From Thermoanaerobaculia bacterium (lineage in GTDB: Bacteria; Acidobacteriota; Thermoanaerobaculia; Multivoradales; UBA5704): DNA of 64,000 nt. This document shows positions 29,829 through 41,788 of this stretch, one piece after another (position 1 is the first letter of the stretch; each line of letters opens with the position of its first letter). A program made the position numbers and the translations under genes. The stretch is from positions 1-64,000 of the forward strand of contig JBGAGQ010000003.1 in NCBI GenBank assembly GCA_044226625.1, in the 5' to 3' direction. The notes beneath the pieces were generated by a model, which was not told where the DNA came from, did not search any database, and saw nothing but the letters and a program-made list of their open reading frames with translations.

Positions 29829-32755
29829 GGGCGCTTTTTGGTCGAAGAGGAATCAGGTCGCGCCGCTCGGGAGCCGGAGCTCGAAGCGCCCCAGTCTCCC
29901 TGGAGAACGAAGGCGCCCCAGTAGTAGGGATCGGCCCAGCCCGGCCTCGAACGAACCGCGACCTGGCTTTGGCGGAGCGCCTCGGCGGGCGCAAGGCCTT
30001 GACCGAGGAGGCGCCGGTAGAAGCCGACCATCAGATCCTCGGTCGACGAGTCGTCCACCCGCCACAGGCTCACCAGCGCGTTTGCCGCACCGGCCGCGAG
30101 AAACGCCCGCCCCAGGCTCTGCGGTCCCTCGCCGCGCTTCTCCTTGCCCAAGGCCGATTCGCAGGCGCTCAAAACGACGAGGTCGGAGCGTAGGCGGCTC
30201 GCTGAGAGATCGCCCACACGAAGGAAGGGATCGCCCGCGAGCTTTCGTCCCCCCACGTCAACTCGGGTGAGCGCGAGACCCGAACGATCCGGCCGTTCGG
30301 GATCGACCAGGCCATGGGTCGCGAAATGGAGGATTCGGAAACGCTCCAAGGCAACCCCTAGCACGCCGTCGCGGCTCGCTCCGAAACCGACGCGAAAGGT
30401 GGCAGATCCGGTGCCAGCAAGCTTCGCAATGGCCGCGACCTCGGAGCCCGTTCGGACGATCCGTGACAGCCTCTCTTCGGCAGCCTCACCCCGTCGCCCT
30501 ACCGTTTCGGAGCCCAGAAGCGATCGGACGCTGGCGACCCACTGGCCCGGCACCGTGGCCTCCCTCGAGCCCGACTGTTCCGCCGCGCAGACGATTCGCG
30601 AGTCGGGGCAACCGAACACCGGGTCGGCGACCGCGAACAGGCCCTGGTCCGCAGCCGTCCTCCGCGCAACGGCATCGCGGATCTCGAGCGCGAGCGACGC
30701 CGAAGGAAGGGTGACTACCTGGGCTCGATCGACCAGTCTCGTCCCAGAATCGTCGCTGGCCCCAGGGATGGGCAGCGCGGCGAAGGGCACGGAGAAGAGA
30801 GCCCCATCGGGCACGACCACCACCGTGTCGCCCGTCAGGCGGCGAGAAATCGGAGAAAGGAGAGTCGCGGCCAGTGCCGCGATCTTCGCTTCCCTCTCCT
30901 CGCGTCTCATCACCCCGGGCGGCCTACCGAACGTCCGGGTCGCCTCGGCGGCCAGACCCTCGATTCTTTCTTGGGCTGGAAGGAGCACCCAGGACAGACC
31001 TTCGCGGCGAACGACGAACAGCACGCTACGGCGCGTCCCTAGCGAATATTCGAGCAGCAGGCCCCGCGGGGGAAGGCCGGCCATGATCTCCGCAAGGGTT
31101 CGAGGCGCGGCGCCCGGACGGCCGCTCACGAGATCGAGCAGGGTCCGGCCCCGAGACCGCTCGCTCGCCTCGAACGCCGCGCGCGGTCGCCGCCGTTCGA
31201 TCTGGAGGTCGATGAGTTGCTCGAAGAACGCGTGCCGATCGGCGAGAAGATCCGCGCGAGAACGCGGATCCAGGGCGGGACGAAGCGACTCGAGAATCGC
31301 GATCGCCGCTTCCAAGTCCGCCTCCGCCTCGTCGAATCGACGGGCCTTACGCAGCGCGTCGGAGCGGTGAGAGAGAACCCACGCCCTGTAACCGTCATTG
31401 CCCAGCCGTCGATAGGCCTCGATCGCACGGTCGAAGTAGGGCAAGGAGGCCGAGACCTCGCCGGTCCGCTCCAAAGCAGGCCCGAGCATGGCGAAGGTAT
31501 TTGCGAGAGCGGATGGATCTTCGACCTCGTTCTCGAAAATCCGCTCCGCTGGAAGGAGGTGGCGGAGCGCCAGCTTCGGCTGTCCGGTATCGAGCGCAAT
31601 CGAAGCGAGGGTGAGGCGGCAAGAGCCTTCCAGTTCGCGATCACCCAGCCTCCGCGCGCCAGCGAGCGCTCGATTTCCGATCTCGTTCGCAGGCTCCCAT
31701 TGCTCCATTCGCCGATAGGAATGGGCGAGCCCGTCCAGGAGGTCGACCTCTAAAGCCGGCGGCAACCCCGGTACCTTCAAGGCCATCGCGTAGGCGTCCT
31801 TCGCCTGCTGGTGATCTCCGAGGTCGATCGAGGTCGACGCGAGGTACCTCAACGTGAGCGCCTGCTGGTCTCGATTTCCCAAACGACGCCAGATCGCGAG
31901 AGCTTGGCGATAGAGCGCAAGCGCTTCGTCGAACCGGCCGGCGCCTTTGTTGAACTGGGCGAGATCCAACAGCGCGAAAGCGAAGCGGGCGGGGTCCCGC
32001 GCACTGAGAGCGATCTTCCGCTCCGTCCGAAACGCCTCTTCCGCTTCCGCCTTTTCGTTTCGCTCTCCGAGGGTGATGCCGAGGCGTCGTAACTCCGCGC
32101 ACTTGAGACTCGGATCGACCGCGCGGGCGGCCGCCGCACGAAAGTGACCGATCTTTGAGGGATCGTCTTCGGGCAAGCGCCGCCCGAGGCGGTCATGGAC
32201 CAGCGCTTCGAGGTCGGGCGCCGCGGCCCGCTCGGCGCGGCGGAGCGCCGCTTCGAGCGTCGCGACCGCCTCTTGCCGCGGAAGAGCTTTCGCTTGTTCG
32301 ATGGCGCCAAAGGCCGACGCGCGAAGCCGATCGATCTCGCTGGCCGGCCGCGGAGCGGAGCTCTCGATCCGATAAGCCGGCACCGTGGCAGCCACTTGGC
32401 CAAGGACGATCCGAATCCTCGCGGCTCCCGCCGTCTTCGCCACCAGCTCGAAGTCGTCTACTCCCGTCGCATCGGTATAGCCGTCGACGGCGACCGGAGC
32501 CTGTTCGCCAGGGGCGAGCACTTCGAGGACGACATCGCTCCCCCTCTGTTCCGCCGCGACGCGCAAATGCTCGCCCGCCCGCAGGGGAACATAATAGAGA
32601 TGAGAGACATCCCCTTCGCGCCAGATGCGAACCGCGTCGAGCCCTGTCGGCCGCAGAGCGGCTCGCTCGTTCCCTGTCGACAGCGCTGCGCAGACACCCA
32701 GGGCAAGCCCGGCGGCCAGGGCGAGCGGTGACGCGGTCCGATGGAGCAACGTCAA
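29825..32755 (-). CDS. Second signal-peptide TPR + CHAT protease (paralog of 24972-27833)
   Basis: HFATHG, LSACES, PYYWGAFVLQGDW; colinear similarity to the first CHAT. Confidence 0.9.
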   Translation of the reverse strand: MTLLHRTASPLALAAGLALGVCAALSTGNERAALRPTGLDAVRIWREGDVSHLYYVPLRAGEHLRVAAEQRGSDVVLEVLAPGEQAPVAVDGYTDATGVDDFELVAKTAGAARIRIVLGQVAATVPAYRIESSAPRPASEIDRLRASAFGAIEQAKALPRQEAVATLEAALRRAERAAAPDLEALVHDRLGRRLPEDDPSKIGHFRAAAARAVDPSLKCAELRRLGITLGERNEKAEAEEAFRTERKIALSARDPARFAFALLDLAQFNKGAGRFDEALALYRQALAIWRRLGNRDQQALTLRYLASTSIDLGDHQQAKDAYAMALKVPGLPPALEVDLLDGLAHSYRRMEQWEPANEIGNRALAGARRLGDRELEGSCRLTLASIALDTGQPKLALRHLLPAERIFENEVEDPSALANTFAMLGPALERTGEVSASLPYFDRAIEAYRRLGNDGYRAWVLSHRSDALRKARRFDEAEADLEAAIAILESLRPALDPRSRADLLADRHAFFEQLIDLQIERRRPRAAFEASERSRGRTLLDLVSGRPGAAPRTLAEIMAGLPPRGLLLEYSLGTRRSVLFVVRREGLSWVLLPAQERIEGLAAEATRTFGRPPGVMRREEREAKIAALAATLLSPISRRLTGDTVVVVPDGALFSVPFAALPIPGASDDSGTRLVDRAQVVTLPSASLALEIRDAVARRTAADQGLFAVADPVFGCPDSRIVCAAEQSGSREATVPGQWVASVRSLLGSETVGRRGEAAEERLSRIVRTGSEVAAIAKLAGTGSATFRVGFGASRDGVLGVALERFRILHFATHGLVDPERPDRSGLALTRVDVGGRKLAGDPFLRVGDLSASRLRSDLVVLSACESALGKEKRGEGPQSLGRAFLAAGAANALVSLWRVDDSSTEDLMVGFYRRLLGQGLAPAEALRQSQVAVRSRPGWADPYYWGAFVLQGDWGASSSGSRAARPDSSSTKKRP

Positions 32756-32771
32756 AGTAGTTCTGAGAATA

Positions 32772-33572
32772 TCAGGAGGCTGGGCGATCTCCCACGATGA
32801 CGAACGTCCCGAGCGCTTGGGTGTTGCCGTTCTTTCGGGTCGAGAGGCGTAGCGAGATGCCGCCCTTGCGGAAGCGCGCCGGGACCTCCAGGCCGAGCTC
32901 GCCGGAGGCGACCGACCGACCCTCGCCCCGCCACACGACGACGCCGGCGCCGTTCACGATCTCCACCCGAACCGGGGCGCCGGCTTCCAATCCCGGCAAC
33001 GGGACGAGAATGGCGATCGGCCGGTCCGAGCCCTCCTCCACTGCCCCAGCCGGCTCGGAGACGCCGCGGGTCGAATCGGCGGGTATCGCTTCCGCGATCG
33101 CGACGCCCACCCGAGGCTGGCGCGCCTGGTGCCAGCTCCATCCGGCGAAGGCGAACGCGAGAAGAGCTACGAGGTAGGGTGCCCAGCGCACCCCGCCGCG
33201 GGCCGGAGGAGGAAGAGCCTGCATCGCGGACGCCATCTCGGCGGGAACCGCCGTCTCATCCAACCGCTTTCGCAGCTCGGCGTACGCTCGGCGCTCTTCG
33301 GCGTCGGCCCGGGCCAGCGAAACCTCGGGCTCGTCGACCACCGTCTTCCCCGCGCTGGGCGCGGCGAGCATCACCTTGCGGCAGGCGCGGCACGCGACCA
33401 GATGGTCGCGTAGGGTCTCCACCTGCTCGGCGTCGAGGAGCCCCGCGGCGTAGCGCTCCCAGAGCGAGGCCTCCGGATGGGACCCGAGATCCCGGGCCTC
33501 TTCGTCGATCCAGTCTTTCGCGGCGCGTGCGAGTCGAGCCTCGATTTCGACCATGTCGCCTCCTCGGCTCAA
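32772..33572 (-). CDS. zf-HC2 transmembrane anti-sigma factor
   Basis: HLVACRAC; single TM helix; directly follows ECF sigma. Confidence 0.8.
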   Translation of the reverse strand: MSRGGDMVEIEARLARAAKDWIDEEARDLGSHPEASLWERYAAGLLDAEQVETLRDHLVACRACRKVMLAAPSAGKTVVDEPEVSLARADAEERRAYAELRKRLDETAVPAEMASAMQALPPPARGGVRWAPYLVALLAFAFAGWSWHQARQPRVGVAIAEAIPADSTRGVSEPAGAVEEGSDRPIAILVPLPGLEAGAPVRVEIVNGAGVVVWRGEGRSVASGELGLEVPARFRKGGISLRLSTRKNGNTQALGTFVIVGDRPAS

Positions 33573-34129
33573 TGAACCGACCCTTGCGGGTCGGTCAGGA
33601 TTTCGCGCAGCCGCCGACGCGCTTGGAACAGGTGGGCACGGACGGTCTCTTCGGAGACCAGCAGGAGCGCGGCGATCTCCTCGTAGGTCTGGCCGTCGAG
33701 GTAGAGCAGCACGACCCGGCCCATCTTCTTCGGCAGGGACTGGATCGCCGCGCGAAGCCCTAGCGCCCGCTCGCCCTCCAGCGCCGACGCGAGGAGGTCC
33801 TCTGACGGATCGGGCAGGTCGAAGAAGCTCTCGTCGTCGTCGACCGGCACCTCGCGCCCCTTGCGCTTGCCGGCGCTGCCGTGGCGCAGGCGGTTCTTAT
33901 AGACGTTCTTCGCGATCTGGTACAACCATCCTCCCCTCGCCTCCGGATCTTCGAGCTGGCCGATCCCCTGGCACGCTCGAACGAAGGTCTCCTGGACGAG
34001 ATCCTCCGCCTCCTCGGCGGAGAATCGTCGGACGAGGAAGAAGACACGAAGCGATTGCCAATGGTTGAGAAAAAGATCGACGAGCAACGGATCGCGGTCG
34101 CCGAAAAGGGGTGGACGCGTCATGGCCAC
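33569..34129 (-). CDS. ECF RNA polymerase sigma factor
   Basis: AEDLVQETF, WLYQIAKN, TYEEIA..L, TVRAHLFQARRRL. Confidence 0.9.
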   Translation of the reverse strand: MAMTRPPLFGDRDPLLVDLFLNHWQSLRVFFLVRRFSAEEAEDLVQETFVRACQGIGQLEDPEARGGWLYQIAKNVYKNRLRHGSAGKRKGREVPVDDDESFFDLPDPSEDLLASALEGERALGLRAAIQSLPKKMGRVVLLYLDGQTYEEIAALLLVSEETVRAHLFQARRRLREILTDPQGSVH

Positions 34130-34213
34130 CTAAATTCTAAAGTTTTCTCGGCCCGGAAGGGGCCGAAGCTTTCGGAGGGGTCGGAGGGGGCGGATGCGAG
34201 ACGCGCGGCCGCC

Positions 34214-34957
34214 TCAACCCGGCGCGCGGAGCGCTTCGACGTCGATCTGGATCGTCACCTCGTCGCCGAGGAGCGAGCCCGCCCCCTCGAGCACGCGGTT
34301 CCAGGTGATCCCGTAGTCCTTGCGATCGAGAGTGAACGAAGTCTGCCATCCGATCCGCTCCCCTTGAGGCGTCCGGACGAGGCCGAGGAGGACGACCGGC
34401 AGGGTAACCCGGCGGACGACGCCACGGATCGACAGATCGCCCGTCACCTCGAAACGGGTCGGCTCGAGGGGGCGAACGGCCGTGCTTGCGAACGTGAGCT
34501 CCGGAAATCGCGCCGCGTCGAAGAACTCCGCCGAGCGCAGGTGCGCGTCCCGGTCGTCGTTGTCGGTTTCGATCGAAGCGGCCTTCACCCGGAACTCGAC
34601 GCTCGACCGAGCGGGATCGTCGCGGTCGTAACGGATGAGCGCCGCGAAGTCGCGGAACCGCCCGCGCACCGGGGTGACGAAGTGGCGCACCGAAAACGCG
34701 ACCGAGCTGTGGTCGAGGTCGGCACGGTAGACCGGCGGCGCCGTGACGGCCACCGACTGGGCCGCGGCGGGGCCCGCGGCGGCGACGGCCATTCCCGCCC
34801 AAAGACTCACCCGGAAACCGAGGAAAACAAGAGGACCGGCGCCCCACCGGGGTCGGCGACAGCGAAGCGGGCCACCGTCCGCGATCGACCTCGCGTCGGG
34901 GCGGAGAAGAGCTCCGCCCCGACGGGATTCGGCGAGGCAACGACGAGCGGCGGCCAT
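34214..34957 (-). CDS. YceI family protein (start codon uncertain)
   Basis: HSSVAFSVRH, RDAHLRSAEFFDA, GDLSIRGV, DRKDYGITWN. Confidence 0.85.
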   Translation of the reverse strand: MAAARRCLAESRRGGALLRPDARSIADGGPLRCRRPRWGAGPLVFLGFRVSLWAGMAVAAAGPAAAQSVAVTAPPVYRADLDHSSVAFSVRHFVTPVRGRFRDFAALIRYDRDDPARSSVEFRVKAASIETDNDDRDAHLRSAEFFDAARFPELTFASTAVRPLEPTRFEVTGDLSIRGVVRRVTLPVVLLGLVRTPQGERIGWQTSFTLDRKDYGITWNRVLEGAGSLLGDEVTIQIDVEALRAPG

Positions 34958-34965
34958 CCCGCGCC

Positions 34966-37656
<2,691 letters not shown>

Positions 37657-37851
37657 GCGGATGGAAACCTCCTGGAGGGACGGGCGAAACGGAACGCCCG
37701 GTTCGAGAGGCCATAGGTTCTCATGGATCGAACCCGGCCGCCAACGCGAACGCCTGGCCCGAGCGCCCCCCGGATCGCGCAATCGTCGAGAAAGCCAACC
37801 CTGGTTTGCGTCTTTAAGAGAGACGACGCCCGACCGGGCCAAAAGGAGAGA

Positions 37852-37880
37852 TTGACAATGAGTCTACATGTAGCTACATT
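37852..37880 (+). promoter_or_regulatory. Sigma70 promoter with overlapping palindromic operator for the TA operon (probably leaderless)
   Basis: TTGACA-17-TACATT, 7 bp before ATG; palindromes CTACATGTAG (37864-37873) and ATGTAGCTACAT (37868-37879). Confidence 0.75.
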
Positions 37881-37887
37881 GCCCGAC

Positions 37888-38196
37888 ATGAGAGACGTCG
37901 GGATCCGCGAATTGAAGGCGCAGCTGAGCCGCGTCGTGCGCGAAGTCGAGGACGGAGAGACCGTGATCGTCACCGATCGAGGGCGGCCGATTGCCGAGAT
38001 CCGGCCCGTGGACGTAGCCCCTCCGACCGAAGAGCATCCCGGCCTGCTGAAGATGGCGCGCGAAGGACGGCTCCTCCTCCCCCAGGTGCGCAACCATCCG
38101 GGCCTCTATTCGCCACCGCGCCGCCCCCTGGGACGTCCCCACCCGAGTATCCAGGAGCTGCTGGACGCCGGACGGCAGGACCGAGGGGAGGACTGA
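37888..38196 (+). CDS. Phd/YefM-family antitoxin
   Basis: VGIRELKAQLSRVVREVEDGETVIVTDRGRPIA. Confidence 0.88.
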   Translation: MRDVGIRELKAQLSRVVREVEDGETVIVTDRGRPIAEIRPVDVAPPTEEHPGLLKMAREGRLLLPQVRNHPGLYSPPRRPLGRPHPSIQELLDAGRQDRGED

Positions 38197-38199
38197 TCG

Positions 38200-38643
38200 A
38201 TGGACGCGCCGACCCTCTACGCTGAATCGAGCGCGGTCTTGAGCTTGCTGCTCGGCGAACCGGGAAGCGACCGGGTGGCCGACGCGCTCGGCCAGGCGGG
38301 CCGCGTCGTCGTCTCCGAACTCACGCTGGCGGAGACCCATCGCACGCTGCTCCGCGCGCGGGCCGTGGGCAAGTTGACCGACGAAGAGCTGGAGCAAGTC
38401 CGCGGCGACCTCGAGCGCGCCGGACTCGGCTGGTCGCTCCAACGGCTCGACGCCGAAACCTACCTGCGCCTCCGCCGCCCCTTCCCCGCGGAGCCGGTTC
38501 GCACGCTGGACGCCCTCCACCTCGCCGGAGCGCTCGCCGCGCGGCGCGAAGTCCCCGAGATCCGCCTGCTCAGCCTCGACGTCCGTATCCGGGACAACGC
38601 ACGCGCGTTGGGTTTCGACGTCGAGCCGGAAGAAGGAATGTAA
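38200..38643 (+). CDS. vapC: PIN-domain VapC toxin
   Basis: LYAESSAVL, SELTLAE, RTLDALHLA, SLD. Confidence 0.85.
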   Translation: MDAPTLYAESSAVLSLLLGEPGSDRVADALGQAGRVVVSELTLAETHRTLLRARAVGKLTDEELEQVRGDLERAGLGWSLQRLDAETYLRLRRPFPAEPVRTLDALHLAGALAARREVPEIRLLSLDVRIRDNARALGFDVEPEEGM

Positions 38644-38814
38644 AAGTCGAAGAAGCCCTATCCCACGGGAAGCTTCGGTATTCGCCGCGCGTGCGTTAGC
38701 ATTCCCGACCGGATCAGAGCCCGTCGACACGGATTTCCACTCTGCGCGACGAAACGCCGCTCCTCGCGTTCCCTCGTCGGTGTACCGGCTGGATTGCCGC
38801 CATCGGCCGTAGGA

Positions 38815-39050
38815 AGCCGCTATCGGTGAGCGATATTCGTTTTCTACCGGCGGATAGCGGCTATCTGGCGCTGCAAAACGGCTATCGGCGATTTATAGCG
38901 GCTATCTGCGCTGGATAGCGGCTATCCGCCGCCGCAAAACCGCTATTTGCCGCGTATAGCGGCTATCCGTCGCCGCTAAACCGCTATCGCGCGCGTATAG
39001 CGGCTATCCACGTCCGATCGCGGTCCCTCTCGCGCGCGAAACGGCTATCG
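38815..39050. repeat. Non-coding array of (G/C)GCTAT(C) units at 20/21-bp spacing
   Basis: CTAT cores at 38820, 38861, 38882, 38902, 38922, 38943, 38963, 38984, 39004, 39045; palindromic (G)ATAGCGGCTAT(C) units interspersed with AAAC(G/C)GCTAT units. Confidence 0.85.
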
Positions 39051-39191
39051 GCGGCGTGAATCCATGATCGATCTCGCAAAGCCGCGAATCGGTCGCGCAT
39101 CACGCCCAGCGTCATCGAATCGACTCGGCCGACCGGCCATCGAGCCGATCCGGCTCGTATGACGAGATCTCGATCCTCGGCTCCGCGGAAC

Positions 39192-41048
39192 CTACCATCC
39201 TTCGAGCTTCCTCCGGATCAGCTGTTCGCCCTTGTTGGGATCGGTCGCTTGGGCGTGCGTGATGCCGTGGCTCGCGAGAATGCGCAGCGCATCGGCGCGG
39301 TCGGGGTGGGGCGCGTGCACCGGGCTCGAAGCGGCCTGATACAGGTTCCGCGCGTGGAGCGCGCGCTCCTCACCGAGCCTTTGGCCCGCCGGGGCGTTCT
39401 TCTTCTGAAAATGGCGGTAGAGCTTGTAAGCCCCGAGGCCGAGGGCGGCGAGCGCGCCGGCTCCGGCGAGACCCCAACCGATCGGGGTGAACAGCGCCCC
39501 GGCGCCGAGCAGGCCCGCGAGCAGGGCTCCTCCTCCCAACGCTCCGATTCCCGCGCCGATGCCGCCCAGGATGTTGCGCTTGCGGCGTTTGGCCAGCTGC
39601 CCGCTCATGTGATCCGCCGCGGCGGTCATGTTCGCGCTCATCGGCGGCCCCGCGCGGACGGCGTCGATCTGCGTCTTGTGCTGATGGGCGCGATAGGCCC
39701 GATAGCCGGCGCGCCCCGCGACGATCGTCTGGACGCCCGCGCCGATGCCGGCCGAGGCGAGGCCGGTGGCGGCCGGCAAGATCGAGGTTCCGGCGTGGCC
39801 GACGGCGCTGATCGCGTTGCCCGCCTGCATCCCTTGGCTCGCTGCGTCGGCCAGATTCACGGTCGCATCCACGGCGAGGCGCTTGGCCGTGCTCCGCGTC
39901 TCGGCCTGGGCTCCGGTCTCGTTGGGCTGAGGCGAGAACGTGTCGCGTATCCCCCGGCCGAAGCCCCTCACGCCCCCCTCCTGGCCCATGTTGCGGAGGC
40001 CCTGGTACGTGGCCAGGAGGTCCGCGCCCCCCGAGGCGATGTTGAGACCCGCTCCGGCCGGCCCGGTGACGCCGCTCGCGGCGCTGGTGTAACTCGTGGG
40101 CGCGACCGCGGCGGGAGGGGTGACCAGGGAGTTCACGGCGCCCAGGCCGCCGATCACCCCGGTCTGCGTTCCAGGGGAGTTGATCGCGAGGAAGTTCTCC
40201 GCCCGCGTGCCGAGGGAGGGGGGAGCGTACGGGGGAAGAGGAGGCAAGCCGGCAGGGGCGGCCCACGCGGCGGCGGGTGCTCCGGGTGGGCCGCCGCCAC
40301 CACCCCCGGGTCCCGCGGGAGCCAAAACCGCGCCGGCCGCAGCGGGAGCGGCGCCGCCGCCGCCCAGCGCCGGGGCGAGCATCGCGGGCGGAGCCGGCAA
40401 CGCGGCCGCCACAGCACCCGCGCCGGGTGCCCCCCCTCCACCGCCCAGCGCCGGAGCCAGCATCGGGAGCGGAGCCGGCAACGCAGCCGGCACGGCGCCC
40501 GCGCCGGGTGCGCCCCCTCCACCGCCCAGCGCCGGAGCCAGCATCGCGGGCGGAGCCGGCAACGCGGCCGCCACAGCACCCGCGCCGGGTGCGCCCCCTC
40601 CACCGCCCAGAGCCGGAGCGAGCATCGCGGGCGGAGCCGGCAACGCGGCCGCCACAGCGCCCGCGCCGGGTGCGCCACCTACACCGCCCAGCGCCGGAGC
40701 CAGCATCGGGGGCGGAGCCGGCAACGCGGCCGGCACAGCGCCCGCGCCAGGAGCGCCACCTCCACCGCCCAGGGCCGGAGCGAGTATCGCGGGCGGAGCC
40801 GCCGGGGCCGGGAGCGCGGCCGGCACGGCGCCCGGCAGTTGGTCCATGTCGTCGTCGTGAGGCCTCGGTTTGCGCTGAATCGGCGCCGCTCCGTGGACGG
40901 CCAGATTTTCGAACCGGTGCCCAAATCGCGTAGCAGCCTCCAGAGCGATCGAGACGGATCGCGGCGCCTCGGACGGCGATTCGGATCCGACGGCGCCCGA
41001 GCCCTCGGTGCGGGCGCTCTCCGCCGGCCGCTGGATCGAAGCTCGCAT
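39192..41048 (-). CDS. GHRFENL-leader protein A: Ala/Pro/Gly repeats and hydrophobic C-terminal domain
   Basis: Start MRASIQRP chosen by alignment with paralog MRTHAQRP; RFGHRFENL...PIQRK; C-terminal GGGALLAGLLGAGALFTPIGWGLAGAG. Confidence 0.75.
   Translation of the reverse strand: MRASIQRPAESARTEGSGAVGSESPSEAPRSVSIALEAATRFGHRFENLAVHGAAPIQRKPRPHDDDMDQLPGAVPAALPAPAAPPAILAPALGGGGGAPGAGAVPAALPAPPPMLAPALGGVGGAPGAGAVAAALPAPPAMLAPALGGGGGAPGAGAVAAALPAPPAMLAPALGGGGGAPGAGAVPAALPAPLPMLAPALGGGGGAPGAGAVAAALPAPPAMLAPALGGGGAAPAAAGAVLAPAGPGGGGGGPPGAPAAAWAAPAGLPPLPPYAPPSLGTRAENFLAINSPGTQTGVIGGLGAVNSLVTPPAAVAPTSYTSAASGVTGPAGAGLNIASGGADLLATYQGLRNMGQEGGVRGFGRGIRDTFSPQPNETGAQAETRSTAKRLAVDATVNLADAASQGMQAGNAISAVGHAGTSILPAATGLASAGIGAGVQTIVAGRAGYRAYRAHQHKTQIDAVRAGPPMSANMTAAADHMSGQLAKRRKRNILGGIGAGIGALGGGALLAGLLGAGALFTPIGWGLAGAGALAALGLGAYKLYRHFQKKNAPAGQRLGEERALHARNLYQAASSPVHAPHPDRADALRILASHGITHAQATDPNKGEQLIRRKLEGW
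40360..40835 (-). repeat. About 6 x 81-bp coding repeat (APPAMLAPALGGGGGAPGAGAVAAALP)
   Basis: Read directly in protein and DNA. Confidence 0.85.
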
Positions 41049-41080
41049 AGGGACGCGACCCGGGGTCGGAAAACCGGCGA

Positions 41081-41266
41081 TCAGAGCGCGCCGGTCCCGC
41101 TCTCCGGGCCCGCGGGCTCCACTCCCTCGAACGCGGCCCGCTCCGGAGATCGAAAGAGCCACGGCCCGTCGCTCGAATCCAGAAAATCGTCTACGGAGAG
41201 ATCTTCCGAGGATTCGGCCACGGGCTCGGATGCCAAGGGACGGTCGAGGGGCTGCTCCGAGTCCAT
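41081..41266 (-). CDS. Small acidic 61-aa peptide, PatE-like precursor candidate
   Basis: Strong RBS GGAGGAGG; EDLSVDDFL and AFEGVEPA resemble cyanobactin RSI and AYDGVEPS. Confidence 0.55.
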   Translation of the reverse strand: MDSEQPLDRPLASEPVAESSEDLSVDDFLDSSDGPWLFRSPERAAFEGVEPAGPESGTGAL

Positions 41267-41362
41267 GGGACCTCCTCCCGCCGCAAGAGTTGTAGGCGAT
41301 GCTGAAGGCATCCTGACAGAGTCGCGACGCACCGACAAGCGCATTTCCTATTCAGGATCACG

Positions 41363-41387
41363 CCGCGGGCTCGGTGAGAGCCCGCGG
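41363..41387 (-). terminator. Stem-loop downstream of precursor gene 41408-41704
   Basis: CCGCGGGCTC-5 nt-GAGCCCGCGG. Confidence 0.55.
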
Positions 41388-41407
41388 GGGTTCCGCGGAA
41401 TCGAAGC

Positions 41408-41704
41408 TCAGCAACCGTAGCCGAAGCACTCCTTCGTGACCTGGATGCCGCCCACCGAGACCGAAACGCAAACTCCGGTGGGGAATCCCAGCGTGGTGCA
41501 AAGGTCGATGCAGGCTTGAGCCAGCGTGCCCGAGCCGGGAATCGGAACGGAGATGCATTCGTTCCCGACCACCGGGAGGTCGAGGCAGATCTGTCCGTTT
41601 TGCACCACGACGGACACGCACTCGGCGGGCGAGATCCCCGACGCCGCGAGGGCGTGGGCGGAGGCGGTCCGGTGGACCGGTGCGGAGAGTTGCGGGAGTT
41701 TCAT
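41408..41704 (-). CDS. Cys-rich RiPP precursor with cyanobactin-like leader
   Basis: RBS AAAGGGG; MKLPQLSAPVHR...SGISPA followed by an 8-Cys core. Confidence 0.75.
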   Translation of the reverse strand: MKLPQLSAPVHRTASAHALAASGISPAECVSVVVQNGQICLDLPVVGNECISVPIPGSGTLAQACIDLCTTLGFPTGVCVSVSVGGIQVTKECFGYGC

Positions 41705-41788
41705 CGGGAAGTCCCCTTTCGTCTCGGCGCCCGATCCGCGGGACCCGGCGCCGTTTCATGTCGCTCCGGAAGCGGAGCGCACGTTGTT

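Noticed and set aside
38815-39050. CRISPR array
   Set aside because: Period is only 20-21 bp with spacers under 10 bp; no cas genes in the window
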